This document shows positions 1 through 13,329 of a stretch of DNA of 64,000 nucleotides, one piece after another. Under the pieces are notes generated by a model. The model did not search any database and had not been told where the DNA came from. It worked only from the letters and a program-made list of their open reading frames with translations. Source of the DNA: Anthoceros angustus (taxonomy: Eukaryota > Plantae > Anthocerotophyta). Numbering within the stretch: position 1 is the stretch's first letter; each line of letters begins with the position of its first letter. A program made the translations under genes and the position numbers. The DNA lies in the NCBI GenBank assembly GCA_010909165.1, contig VJWM01000068.1:248001-312000 (forward strand). The letters run 5' to 3'.

Positions 1-299
1 ACGTGTCATTTGTTTTAAGACTCATTGGAGTGGGGCGCCGCATGCGCCCTCTCATTTCCTTCGTTTGGTTGTAACACGTAGGTGGGGAAGGCGCGCATGC
101 GCGCCTTACCTATCACTTCACGGTTTTCGACTGACGGTGGGTGTGCGGCAAGTGAAAGATGTGCGATTTGAAAAACTACGAGGACTTCCGTGCTTTCATC
201 GAAGTGCACACATGGAAGGGTCCGGAGAACGAACAAAGGACCCTAGCGACATGGACATGGAAGAAGGCCTGCGATGTTCACTGTTCCAACCACGGTGTA

Positions 300-925
300 T
301 CGTGAAATACCAAGTGGTAGCGAGAGATGTGTTGGACATCCGAGGGTTTTACGGAAGAGGAATTACACTTTATTGGTTATGGATGTGCCTGTGGGATTCA
401 ACAAGGAAAGCATGATGTAAAGATGGACCAAACACGGATGGGCGCATGTTCACTCTTTCCATGACATGACGAGTTGTGAGGAAATCGCATGATAGTTATG
501 CATGGGGTGGAGGAGCCGCAGGGAGGCTGCACGGCTGGTGCACGTGGAGGATGGTCTCCTTCGTATGGGACAAAACTAACATGCATAATGATCAAGGTGG
601 ATATGATACCGCCGAGTACATCACGGTAGGGTGGGGGTAACTACAGCAAGAAGAACAAGGTTTCAATGTTACCTAACACCGTCCTTGGCTCGTTCAATAA
701 TGGTCGCTCATTGGGCACAACGTCGTCAAGAAGCTTCTTTATATGTCATTGGACAAGCTCGTGGTATGTGCTTATCGAGGCCATTAGGGTTGATGCGTAA
801 GATGATCAACAACTTCTCCAAAGAAGGAGATTGGATATTAGATGCGTGTGCGAGGAGCGGGACGACCCTAGCAGTACGCTATGTGGCCGCTGCATGCGCG
901 TGGACTTGGACAAACGATGTGCGAA
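300..925 (+). pseudogene. Beta-class N4-cytosine/N6-adenine DNA methyltransferase (N6_N4_Mtase-like), frameshifted
   Basis: Motifs occur in beta-class order across frameshifts: 'KYQVVARDVLDI' (~304-340); 'NYTLLVMDVPVGFN' (361-402, resembling DLIxTDPPY motif IV); 'SFVWDKTN...TAEYITVG' (557-631, the WxK...E motifs); 'RPLGLMRKMINNFSKEGDWILDACARSGTTLA' (778-873, resembling KP..L...I...S.eGD.VLDPFxGSGTT motif I); 'GRCMRVDLDKR' (885-917, resembling GR.fiGiEld). Confidence 0.72.
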
Positions 926-2236
926 TTCATTCCCCAAAGGATACATGGATATGAGGTACTTCCGACCGAGGAGGAATTGAATCATGAGCCACCGGAGGAC
1001 GCTCAGTCAGGCAAAGGAATTAAGCTTGTCAGAAGGGTCACTTTCATGGCTGTCGTACCTTTGGGGTTCAACAGATGAAAGAGAAAACGGGCAAATCGTT
1101 GATGACGGGCAGAGAACTCGGCAGTGCCATCCAGACTACAACACCCAAAGCGGTCCTCGTCTCTTGGATGTGGAGAATGCCATGCGAGAACGACAACTTC
1201 GAGGACCCCGACAACGCCTCCTCGTAAAGCGTTGATGTTGTGTTCGATAGCGTGTCGGGCAATGCCCACCCGAGACTCAAGTCGGCGAAGATTTTGGTAG
1301 TTAGGTTATTGGAAATTTACGCTTGCTATGTCCGACTTAGAAACCTTTAGGGGCCGCATGCCGCAAACATTCCCTTTAATCTTTTATTGCTTTTAGTGCT
1401 ATGTATTGCTTTTCAAGTAGGTGTGAAAATCGACAAGCGGCTCTAATATCATTGCGGAAGGCGATTGGGGCCTTCGGGCATACTACGACCATAGCAGTGT
1501 GCACTTGATGTGAAAAGTAGGCGATGCGTAGGGAAGGAGGAATGAACCATCACCAAGAAAATTAAAGCGTCGAAATCGTGGAATTCGGTGCCCACCATGT
1601 TTTCCAGTTGGGTTTTCTGTGAGCGGCTTTGTATATTCGCTTCAAATATTATGCTTGTTTATTGCCCATCACGTGAGCGATTCGGTACCTTGGGCACAAT
1701 TGGTACACTCGGGACTACAATATCGAATTTGATCTTCTTGTCCGAGCTGCTATCCTTCCGGCTAGTTATCGATCGTTCGTCTCTTCCCAAAACCGATCGG
1801 TCCGGACTTCTAGCAGCGGTGGTGGACAATCCACCTAAGCGTATTCGAGCTTGGCGCACTCCTTAGGGAGGCATCCCGCTTCAACTCGGCACATCTAAAC
1901 ATGGTGGAAGCGGTGATGTTTGTGACTCGGGGTCACAAAATCAACAGAAGAGAGAATAACCCGGGAACAACAACTCCGGCACATCAAAGGCCTCCTTGCC
2001 TCTTCCTCCTCCAAGCACAAAGCGTCAAGGGGCGTGCAATTGGTGTCGATCACCCGGCCCGGGCGAGTGGTGAAGAAGCGAGCCGGTGAGGCCAAGCGTG
2101 AGATCAAGGCGCTAATCTGACTATATCTCCAAGGCCAAGAACCGGTCAAGTCTGAGATTGCTTAGTGTGCTTGGTAGCAGTTCGGGACCTCACAGTTCTT
2201 GGACTCATGACCTTGCCCATATCTGCGCTCCAAGCA

Positions 2237-5200
2237 CATGTTTACTTCTTGGCGACAAGCGACACTCAACGTTTTGTCTTTGTTGGCGATGACTCGGCCT
2301 TGCTATTCTTTGGAGTTGGTTCCGTGACATTCTGTGGAGGATGGTTCCTCCCTTGTGCTAAATAGTGTGCTCCACGTCCGCGGATGGCTAAGAATTTGAT
2401 TTCCGTTCGCCAACCGCTAGATGGAGCTTTTTTGGAGTTTGGACGTGAGGATTGTTTCTCTATCGTTCCTCTCGGCCAAAAAGTTGTCGCGGAGGCAGCG
2501 ATGATCTCTACATCTTCACAGCACCGGCACACTACACTAACTGCGTGGTAGCATCTTCTAAGGTTGTCTCACCACCAGGCCCTCAGCAGAATGCCCTACT
2601 TTGCTTTGTCGACTTGGGCACCTCAATCACCTTAAGCTCCTTGCCATGACTCGGCGGGACTTGTATCGAGATAAGTTGCCCTCCTTGGCCAAGACACCAC
2701 CTCTTTGTGAAGCGTGTGTGCTGTGGCGGAGCTCTCCTACTCTCTTCACCCGCTCATAGGGCTTCTCGGCCTTTGGAGTTAGTTCACGTAGACTTGTGTG
2801 GACCTCTCCTGTTACTTCTTTAGGCGGAGCACGCCATTTTATAGCGATAGTGGATGATTATTCCGCTACTCTTTTGCGTACCGTCTCAAAGTGACTCCTT
2901 TCTTTGTGTTCTCACCTTTTGTTTCTATGGAGTTGCTGGATGCAAGCTACGGCATCGAGATCCGAATGCGGAGAACTCAGCAACCATCGATTCAAAGACT
3001 ACGTGAGGAGCGTGGGATCTTGAGACAATTCCTTTGTTCCCTACACTTACGCTCGAATGGCGTTCTTGAGAAGGCCAATGGCGATCTCATGGCCATGGCG
3101 CGAGCTATGTTAGCCAGTCTCAAAGTCTTTTTGAGGCGGTCTCTGGCGACATACATCAAAGCAGTTCTTGACCAAGTCCGTTGTTGGCCGTACTCCTTTC
3201 AGTCTTGGCATGGGTACAAGCCGTTGATCACCCATTTTGCGTCTTTGGCTCTCCTGCTTATGCCTATGTCCCTCATCCGTGATAAGCTTTCTTCCCGGAA
3301 GGCGGTGTTTGTGGGTTATGGTGAGGATCGCAAGGCGTACAAGTTGATTGACGTGGCTACTCGGACTCCTGTTTATGCTCGGACTGTCACTTTCGACGAG
3401 GCTAGCATTCTCTCCTCTGGTCCGCTTTTGGATGAGGATGATGATGCAGCTTCTATCCCCAATAGTCCCCGCTCTACTGACATTTCTGTTCACTTTGATT
3501 TAAGCCCTTCGTCTTTTCCTGCTGGTGCTGTTCCTGTCCCTGCCATGGCTCCTTTACCTCAAGCAGTTCCGGTTCTTCCGGTTCCTGCTCGAGAGGGGGA
3601 ATATGATCGGCCCATGGATGATGCACAGAGACGATTACCTCTGGATTTGGGGACATACATCTTTGGAGAGGCTCGGACATTCCTTTACCGCCTCCATCAC
3701 CCCGAGACACAGTCGTTGTTCACAGGTGGGTACCCTCACGTCGAGACTACCAAGACACCTGGAATGAGAAGCCATTTGACTTGGAGTTCAATCAAGTGGT
3801 TATCTTGATCTTGATCTAGCCTATTCTCTTGCTATGAGTTACATTGTTTGAGGAGGAGATCCTCTCACACTTCAAGAAGCATATGCTAGACTGAGTCTAA
3901 CAAGTGTGGGCTGGTGGCGATGAGTATAACTCTTTAGTCAAGAATAACACTTGGGCGTTAGTGGATCTACCCCGGGAAGGACTCATCAGTGCAAGTGGGT
4001 ACTCAAAACCAAGTTTCAAGAGGTTGAGCCCGCATACGTTATAAAGCGAGGCTAGTGGCCAAGGGCTATAGTCGAAAGAGTCGACTATCAAGGCGATCAA
4101 GTCTACTCACACATCGTCAAGCGACCGATAAGGATGCTCCTTGCTTTATGTCTTGAACTTAACTTGGACATCTATCAATTTGGGCGTTTATGACTTTCCT
4201 CTATAGTCACTTGGAAGAAGAGATCTACATGGATCAACGAGGATTATGAGGATAAGAGATTCCCACAAGGTGTGTAAACTCCTTCGTTCTATTTATGGGC
4301 TCAAACAAAGTCCTCATTGTGGTACAAGAGAATTGACTCTTATCTTAAGAAGATTGGCTTCGTGCAAAGCGAAGCGATACTAACACTGTATGTGCTACAA
4401 AGGACAGCTCACTTGTTTTGATAGCGTTATCGTGGATGACTTAGTTATCCCCGGTAACAATGTGGAGTTGGTTAACGGATCAAGGCGATCTCGGCAAGGA
4501 GTTTGAAATGAAAGATGGGTCAAGTTAAATACATTCTTGGAATGCACGTACACAAAGCAGTCCTTTGGAGCAATCTACCTTCATCAAGGTCGATATGTAG
4601 GGATGCTCAAGAGGTTCAACTTGGAGAATGCAGCGCTACCACTCCAGTCTTTGTTGGTGTTAAGCTCTCCTCATCTTCTTGTCCACAGTGAGAAAAGAAA
4701 TGGAGAGTGTACCTTGTATGGCGGTTGGCACTCTCATGTTTCTTCAAGCTGGACAAGACCGGACATATCTAATCTTTGTGTCACGGTTGCCCAATTCTCA
4801 CGAGAACCGGAAGGGATCATGGGTAGCACTTAAAGAATTATGCGGTACCTCAAGGGTACTTCTAACTATGGTCTCTGCTACAAGCCTAGTGGCAAAGGAG
4901 TCTACAATTGACTTGCTATGTCGATGCAGTTGGGCGAGACACCGAAGAGTCTATCGGCTTATTGCTTCCTCATGGCTCCTTTGTTGTAAATTGGTCTTGT
5001 AGGAAACAAGCCTCAATATCTTTATCTTCCACGAGTCGAGTACAAAGCTCTCGAAGCCACTAAGGAGGCAGTGGGAAAGGAAGTTGTCACGAGACTTGGG
5101 TATGCAACAAGTAGGACCTCGCTTATTAAGCTGATAATATATGCCATACAGTTTCTAACCACATGTTTCACGCACTAAGCACATTGAGATTCAACATCAT

Positions 5201-8200
5201 TATGTTAGAGATGCTCTTGAGAGGGCTTAGTGAAGATCGGTGTATCAACAGATGATAATCTGACGATGTTACGGTGAAGTCTACAAGTTTAAACATGTTT
5301 TCCACGGAGAAGGGCTCGGACTTGTAGATTGTAGTAGCTATGTGACTAGACAAATCACTCATTTGGTGAGGCTTTCCATGTTTACTTCACTACATAAGCG
5401 ACACTCAACGCTTTTGTCTGGGCGATGACTCCGGCCTTGCTATTCTGGAGTTGGTTCGGATATCTACACCGGAGGATGGTTCCTCCTTGTGCTAAATAGT
5501 GTGCTCCACGTCCCAGATGGCTAAGAATTTGATTTCCGCCGCCAACCGCTAGATGGAGCTTTTCTGGAGTTTGGACGTGAGGATTGTTTCTATCGCTCCT
5601 CGCCAAGGCAAGTTGTCGCCGAGGGCAGCCCCGCATGATCTCTACATCTTCACTGGCACCCCTGTACACTACACTTGCTGCAGTGGTAGCATCTTCTAAG
5701 GTTGTCTCACCACCGGGCTCCCTCCATCCGGAATGCCCTACTTTGGCACTCGACTTGGGCACCTCAATCTCAAGCTCCTTGCCATGACTCGGGACTTGTA
5801 TCGAGATAAGTTGCCCTCCTTGGCCAAGACACCACCTCTTTGTGAAGCGTGTGTGCTGCAAGTGGAGCTCTCCCTACTCTGGTCTTCCCGCTAGGGCTTC
5901 TCCCTTTGGAGTTAGTTCACGTAGACTTGTGTGGACCTCTCCTGTTACTTCTTTAGGAGCACGCCATTTTATAGCGATAGTGGATGATTATTCCGCTACT
6001 CTTTTGCGTTTTCGTCTCAAGAGTGACCTTTGTCGTGTTCTCACCTTTTGTTTCATGGCGAGTTGCACACCGGATGCAAGCTACGGCATCGATCCGGCAA
6101 TGCGGAGAACTCAACAACCATCGAGTTCAAAGACTGAGGAGCGTGGGATCTTGAGACAATTCCACGTTCCCTACACCGTAATGGCGTTCGAAAGGCCAAT
6201 GGCGATCTCATGGCCATGGCGCGAGCTATGTTAGCCCGCCTCGCTTGCCTAAGTCTTTTTGTGAGGTCTCTGACGCATACATCAAACAGTTCTTGACCAA
6301 GTCGTTGTTGGTGTACTCCTTTCAGTCTTGGCATGGGTACAAGCCGTTGATCACCCATTTGCGCGCCTTTGGCTCTCCGCCTATGTCCCTCTCCCTCCGT
6401 GATAAGCTTTCTTCAGCACGGAAGCCGGTGTTTGTGGGTTATGGTGAGGATCGCGTATGTTGATTGACGTGGCTACTCGGACTCGCTTATGCTCGACTGT
6501 CACTTTCGACGAGGCTAGCATTCTCTCCTCCGGGTCCGCTTTTGGATGAGGATGATGATGTAGCTTCTATCCCCAATAGTCCCGCTCTCGACGACATTCT
6601 GCTCACTTTGATTTAAGCCCTTCGCCTTTTCCGCTGGTGCTGTTCGCCTCCATGGCTCCTTTACCTCAAGCGCCCGGTTCTTCCGGTTCCCGCCGAGAGG
6701 GGAATATGATCGGCCCATGGATGATGCACAAGGACACCTGGATTTGGGGACATACATGCTGGAGTGGCTCCAGACGTTCCTTTACCGCCTCCATCACCCC
6801 CCGAGACCTGAAGTCGTTGTTCCTGAACGTAGGTACCCTACGCGTCAGAGACTACCAAGACACCTCTGGAATGAGAAGCCATTTGACTTGGAGTTCAATC
6901 AAGTTATACTGATCTTGATCTAGCCGCCTATTCTCTTGCTACGAGTTCTGTTGTTTCAGAGGGAGATCCTCTCACACTTCAAGAAGCATATGCTAGACCT
7001 GAGTCTAACAAGTGGAAACTGGCTGTTGACGATGAGTATAACTCTTTAGTCAAGAATAACACTTGGGCGTAGTGGATCTACCCCGTGAAGGACTACATCA
7101 AGTGCAAGTGGGTACTCAAAACCAAGTTTCAAGAGGTTGAGCCCCGACACGTTATAAAGCGAGGCTAGTGGCCAAGGGCTATAGTCGAAAGAGGAGTCGA
7201 CTATCAAGGCGATCAAGTCTACTCACTGTCGTCAAAGCGATGATAAGGATGCTCCTTGCTTTATGTCTTGAACTTAACTTGGACATCTATCACCGGACGC
7301 CAGCCTTTCCTCTATGGTCACTTGGAAGAAGAGATCTACATGGATCAACCCGAGGATTATGAGGATAAGAGATTCTCAAGGTGTGTAAACTCCTTCGTTC
7401 TATTTATGGGCTCAAACAAAGTCCTCGATGTGGTACAAGAGAATTGACTCTTATCTTAAGAAGATTGGCTTCGCAAAAGCGAAGCAGATATCAACAAAGC
7501 AAAAAGGACAGCTCACTTGTTTTGATAGCGTTATCGTGGATGACTTAGTTATCCCGGTAACAATGTGGAGTTGGTTAACGATCAAGGCCGATCTCGCAAG
7601 GAGTTTGAAATGAAAGATCCGGTCAAGTTAAATACATTCTTGGAATGCACGACACAAAGACAGTCCACTTTGGAGCAATCTACCTTCATCAAGGTCGATG
7701 TAGCCGGATGCTCAAGAGGTTCAACTTGGAGAATGCACGACTACCACTCCAGTCTTTGTTGGTGTTAAGCTCTCCTCATCTTCTTGTCCACATCGGAGAA
7801 AAGAGAAATGGAGAGTGTACCTATCGTATGGCGGTTGGCACTCTCATGTTTCTAGCAACCGGACAAGACCAGACATATCTAATCATAATGCAGCTTGCCC
7901 AATTCTCCGAGAACCTGTGAAGGGATCACCGGGTAGCACTTAAAGAATTATGCGGTACCTCAAGGGTACTTCTAACTATGGTCTCGCTACAAGCCTAGTG
8001 GCAAAAGGAGTCTACAATTGACTTGCTATGTCGATGCAGTTGGGCTTCTCTGAGACACGAGAAAGAGTCTATCGGCTTATTGCTTCCTCGGCTCCATCGT
8101 AAATTGGTCTTGTAGGAAACAAGCCTCAATATCTTTATCTTCCACGAGTCGGAGTACAAAGCTCTCATGGCCACTAAGGAGGCAGTGGGAAAGGAAGTTA

Positions 8201-8503
8201 TGCTAAGACTTGGGTATGCAACAAGTGACCTACGCTTATTAATCGTGATAATATGTCGCCCATCGCCCGGTTTCTAACCTCGTGTTTCACGCCGCACTAA
8301 GCACATTGAGATTCAACATCATTATGTTAGAGATGCTCGAGAGGGCTTAGTGAAGATACGATGTATCAACAGATGATAATACCGATGTTACAAGTCTCTA
8401 CTAAGTTTAAACACTGCTTCCACAGAGAAGGGCTTGGACTTGTAGATTGTAGTAGCTATGTGACGCTAGACAAATCACTCATTTGGTGAGGCTTTCCATG
8501 TTT
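2237..8503 (+). repeat. Direct tandem duplication (~3.14-kb unit x2) of the Copia protease-to-RNase H region
   Basis: 2237-5383 matches 5377-8503. The junction falls on CATGTTT, present at 2237, 5377 and 8497. Confidence 0.9.
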
Positions 8504-8704
8504 GTTCCATCATCTCTGAAGATAACTTAAGTTGAAGACTTGCTTCGCCTCTGGTCATGATCGGTGCTCTGCGTGAGTTGTCACGACGAGACGGCCAAAG
8601 TGCGACTAGAAGATGTGACAAGCCGAAGATGGTTTCTGGCGCTTTCTTTTAGTAGTGACCTCCTTTTCTTAGTTCGGAGCTAACGCAACGTGTCCGAGAG
8701 GAGA

Positions 8705-8901
8705 GTTAGAAATACAGCGCACACGCTTGGTTCCGTACCAATATGGTTAGTCACCTAGACCTGGCGTTAGTATAGGTAGTTAGCTAGGCTAGCGAAGGAC
8801 ACACCCTTACGAGACCACCTATAAAAGCCCACCTATGAACACACTTGATTCATTGTTAATATAGCATCTTTGCTTAAGACGCTTCCGCATGCAATTCTAA
8901 C
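8705..8901 (+). repeat. 3' LTR of the first Copia (~197 bp)
   Basis: Inverted ends GTTAGAA (8705-8711) and TTCTAAC (8895-8901), directly after a purine tract, with an internal TATAAAA (~8820). The outer T and A of the canonical TG...CA are missing. Confidence 0.7.
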
Positions 8902-8904
8902 TGC

Positions 8905-9930
8905 GAGGTCCTAGATTATTGGAAAGCTGGCATTTGCTGCTTCCTTACTGTCTGTACAGCGAGGGGGTTACTGTGGGATGAATATTTTATTCAGGGGAAA
9001 AAACGATGGGAAAAAACTCATCCATCAGGGGACAACCAAGGAGGACTCCGAGGGTCGAGGTGAAAGAAAGCGACTGAGCTCCCTACCTATAGATACCTAC
9101 TACTCCCAAAACATTACATGCAGGAAGAACAAATGGCCTGCAAACCACGGCCATGGAGGATGCCTTTTCTTTTTGGTGAATAGTGATCACGGTAAATAGG
9201 ATAACTAGAAAGACGAGGAGGACAGTAACGATTGGGGATGAACCTAGCTGTTAGGTTAGGGATTGGAGAGGGCTTGTGAGGAAGTCAGATGGCTTCCCCA
9301 CACCCAGACTTTTCATATGCCTTTCGTGAAGCTCTCTTCCACGAGGTACAATTGCTAGCAAAAGAAGGAGTAGTCACCGGGCAAAAAGGGTAGTCAACTC
9401 AGCCGAAGGGTAGCAAACAAGTGTTGGAAAGAGGACAAATAGCGAGGTGCAAAGGGTACCAAGCTGGATTCTCCCAATGATGGATTATCCCTTTTGTATC
9501 AGTGTATTATTTTCTGTGACAAAATATTGCTTGCGAGTGAAGCTTTGCGGCTGGGCTGGTGGTCAAAGGTGTTTGCTCAAGATTTTATTACTTCAGGTTT
9601 GTGCTCGTCGCGTGGAGGAGGGGGATTGGGAGGTGCCCATGCTCACGATTCCTTGGAGGCTATTCGCTCATGGATCTTGAAGCTGGCCTAATGTCTCCCC
9701 GTCTGCTTGGCCGCCCCTGCTCTTTTGTTGCCTTTCCTTCGGGGTGTGTCTAGCTACATTTTTTGCTTGCGGCCCTTAGTATCTCCTTACCCTCGTATGT
9801 TTCTTGGGGGTGCTCAGTTTTTTTTTTCATTCCTTCCAGTTTATTTATGGAGTTGCCTTGGCTCTTGTTTTTGGGCGCCATTGTAAGATCCGTTCTTTTA
9901 TAAAGCTATACAGATTAACTGATAAACAAA
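8905..9930 (+). mobile_element. Possible degenerate 3' end of an L1-like LINE
   Basis: Decayed ORF fragments with a weak zf-RVT-like Cys/His pattern (GHGGCLFF..DH) ending at ~9691, then a T-rich UTR and an A-rich tail (~9900-9930). Weak. Confidence 0.25.
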
Positions 9931-10744
9931 AGTACTTCATTTTATTCTTTGTTTAATTTACAAGCTTCCAATTTTATAACGCCCCCTGGCTTGGTGCCCT
10001 TTTGTAAGTTGTCCCCATTCGCCCCAGGGCAGATAGGATTTCCCATCTCGTTCTTTTCATATAGTCTCCACATTCGTCTTTTATAACTGGCAATCCAAGC
10101 ATTGTACATGAACATAGAATAAGGACAAATACTTCCCCGAGGGTAGGTCTTTCACTCAGCTGCCTATTATATGCGTTGAATAACCCTCATAAATTTATCG
10201 AACGGATAAGTGTTACGATATTCATAATACAAAATTATTTTAATTGTTTAAATAATAAAAACATGAGAAAAATTAGAACCGCAATTCTCGATGCGGTGTG
10301 ATGAACGTCAAGCGCGTAATGTGATGCCGTCCAAATTGCGACACCGTTCGGAAACGGACGTTTCACAGCAACCGACGCCGACCAGGCTTTGAATCCTGCC
10401 TCCGTTCACCACCCGGGATTTTGGTAGGGAGTAGAATGCCCTCGGCTTCGTTGTTGACTCTCAAAGCATGGAATCGCAGGCAGCTGGCAGGCGAGTGCCG
10501 CCGTCCAAGGAAGATAAGCGCACCGAGCGATGGGTGCAGGATTGCGAGAAGCCTGCCTTCCGGATAGTGCCTGACGACTCCAAACCAACTGTCAGAGACC
10601 CTGTACGTACCCTTCCTTCCGTCTTCTGTTCTGTTGTCCTTTTACCCTCACAGTAACCTTGCTCCTACGAAGTTCTCTGAGCTGGAGAATTTTTTTTCCA
10701 AAGCTGTCTACTGCAGATCGCATTGAGACCGAACAGATTCTTTG

Positions 10745-11616
10745 CCTAGAGGCGTCCTCGAGGCAGCCAGAGGCATACAATATCTCGACAATCTCCGCAT
10801 AGCTGCATGTGACGAATCCCCTCAACAGCAATGGTTCTTCGATTCCGAGAGCACGATTCGCGGGCTGAAAACTTCGGATGGAGAGAACCTGTTCATGGTG
10901 CAAGAGCTCCAGCCCGTGGCTCAGAACCTCTCCTATACAATATCGGCAGCTCAGACGGCTTCGATGCTTCTGCTGACTTCCTGTCCTCTTAGTTCACTCT
11001 TCTTCCTGTGCCTAACTACATGTCTTTCCTGTCGTTGAGGGATCCGGAAGCTTCCGGTCCGAACTTGGTTCAAAATGGTGGGTTTGAGAAAAGCACACTT
11101 CTCCCGGCGAACCCAGACTTTTATGACGGGGAGATCTTTCCTCTGTGTGAATGGGCCATTCTACACGCTCCGAAGCTGGTTCCAAGAGAAAGCCGGGTAC
11201 CAGCAGATGGAAATTTCAGCCTCCTCATGAGCAAGAGTGCCTCCATCAACCAGACCATTCCTGCTATACAAGGCTCGGAGTATCTTCTCACATTCTGTGT
11301 CTGGTTACATCGGCCATGATGCTGATGCACTTCCAGCCCTGCACCAATGAATCGACTAATCCAGCGTATGTCACTGCAAATGCACAAACATTCGGGTCAG
11401 TAAAACATTCCAAGCATCTGAGACAGAAATGGACGACCGAAAAGCTGCCATTCATAGCCGTCGGCAACTCTACAATGATTGTTTTCGAGTCTCATGCAGG
11501 AATGACAACTGTGGACCACTCATAGATGCTGTCACAGTTTCCCTCAAACCAGCATTACCATCTTGGTTTACCAGGACGAGAATCCTCGCACGATGTATAG
11601 CAGGGCTAGCTACATT
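10745..11616 (+). pseudogene. Partial RLK ectodomain copy 1 (part of lectin-like region + DUF642-like), cut within the TM
   Basis: Contains ACDESPQQQWFF, PNLVQNGGFE and NCGPLIDAVTV. Truncated on both sides by array junctions. Confidence 0.75.
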
Positions 11617-13329
11617 TTTGCTTATGCCCTTAGTATCTCCTTACCCTCGTATGTTTCTTGGGGTGCTCAGTTTTTTCATTCCTTCGGTTTATTTATGGAG
11701 TTGCCTTGGCTCTTGTTTTTGGGCGCCATTGTAAGATCCGTTCTTTTATAAAGCTATCTGATTAAGCGATAAACAAAAGTACTTCATTTTATTCTTTGTT
11801 TAATTTACAAGCTTCCAATTTTATAACGCCCGGCTTGGTGCCCTTTGTAAGTTGTCCCCATTCGCCCAGATAGGATTTCCCATCTCGTTCTTTTCATATA
11901 GTCTCCACATTCGTCTTTTATAAGCGGCAATCCAAGCATTGTACATGAACATAGAATAAGGACAAATACTTCCCCGAGGGTAGGTCTTTCACTCAGCTGC
12001 CTATTATATGCGTTGAATAACCCTCATAAATTTATCGAACGGATAAGTGTTACGATATTCATAATACAAAATTATTTTAATTGTTTAAATAATAAAAACA
12101 TGAGAAAAATTAGAACCGCAATTCTCGATGCGGTGTGATGAACGTCAAGCGCGTAATGTGATGCCGTCCAAATTGCGACACCGTTCGGAAACGGACGTTT
12201 CACAGCAACCGACGCCGACCCGGGCTTTTGAATCCTGCCTCCGTTCACCACCCGGGATTTTGGTAGGGAGTAGAATGCCCTCGGCTTCGTTGTTGACTCT
12301 CAAAGCATGGAATCGCAGGCAGCTGGCAGGCGAGTGCCGCCGTCCAAGGAAGATAAGCGCACCGAGCGATGGGTGCAGGATTGCGAGAAGCCTGCCTTCC
12401 GGATAGTGCCTGACGACTCCAAACCAACTGTCAGAGACCCTGTACGTACCCTTCCTTCCGTCTTCTGTTCTGTTGTCCTTTTACCCTCACAGTAACCTTG
12501 CTCCTACGAAGTTCTCTGAGCTGGAGAATTTTTTTTCCAAAGCTGTCTACTGCAGATCGCATTGAGACCGAACAGATTCTTTTGCGACCTCCTCCAACAA
12601 AACCTCCTACAGAGTGGATGCGATGACCACCTGCAGAGTGGATGCAATGCTTTGTTGGAGGCAAGGATGTGCTCACTTTGACATGTTTCTGGCCAGGAGA
12701 ACATTGTAATGGATAGCTTTATAACGGCTACAGCATTAGCCAAGATTCGGAGAAGCTGACTGACGATTATGCCCTCCTCAACTCTTGTATTATTCAGACT
12801 GCAAATTTCCTCCTCCACTGGTGTAATTACAGTGCAAATTTCTAAAAACCCCATTTCTGTACACATGGGTTGCGAGTCCAGAAAAAGGGAGGACAGATTT
12901 TCATATCCTCAACAGCTACGTTCATGGAAAGGGACTGCAACAGATGAGCAACTGTGGTGGTGGTGCGTATGAGCATAGCACTGTCCTCGAGCTCACGATC
13001 TAAGCTGGTTCCATCGACAGTTCCATCGCTACCAAGCTAGCAAAGTGCATATTGTCGTTCAACAATCGAGGCTTCCAGCAACCTTTAGGGTCTGCCATGG
13101 TAATCGATAGAAGCGAGCCGCCCTGACATATGGTAGTTGGTCCCTCCACTTTACAAGGGCAGTGACGCTCCGTTTCAATCCCAGGGTCTCCACTTTTCAA
13201 TCTACTTCAACTGATTCTCTAGTGTACTACCACATACGAGAACTGCACGTAAGGTTGGCAAGCGCATCACGTCGATGTCAGTGGCGTGCGGACTTTTCTA
13301 GCCTAGTCAGTTATCAGCTTGACTACAAA

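Larger units (their letters stand above)
1890..8901 (+). mobile_element. Ty1/Copia LTR retrotransposon, 5'-truncated, heavily frameshifted, with internal tandem duplication of pol
   Basis: Zinc-knuckle remnant CNWCRSPG (~2035); integrase LELVHVDLCGP and GGARHFIAIVDDYS (2773-2862); SH3-like VFVGYGEDRKAYKL; RT EYNSLVKNNTW and FLYGHLEEEIYMDQPE; RNase H FHARTKHIEIQHHYVR (~8286-8331). Domain order is INT-RT-RH, followed by a purine tract (~8695-8705) and an LTR. No 5' LTR or PBS seen. Start coordinate approximate. Confidence 0.9.

Noticed and set aside
1300-1890. 5' LTR/PBS of the first Copia
   Set aside because: No similarity to the 8705-8901 LTR and no tRNA-Met PBS; segment left unassigned.
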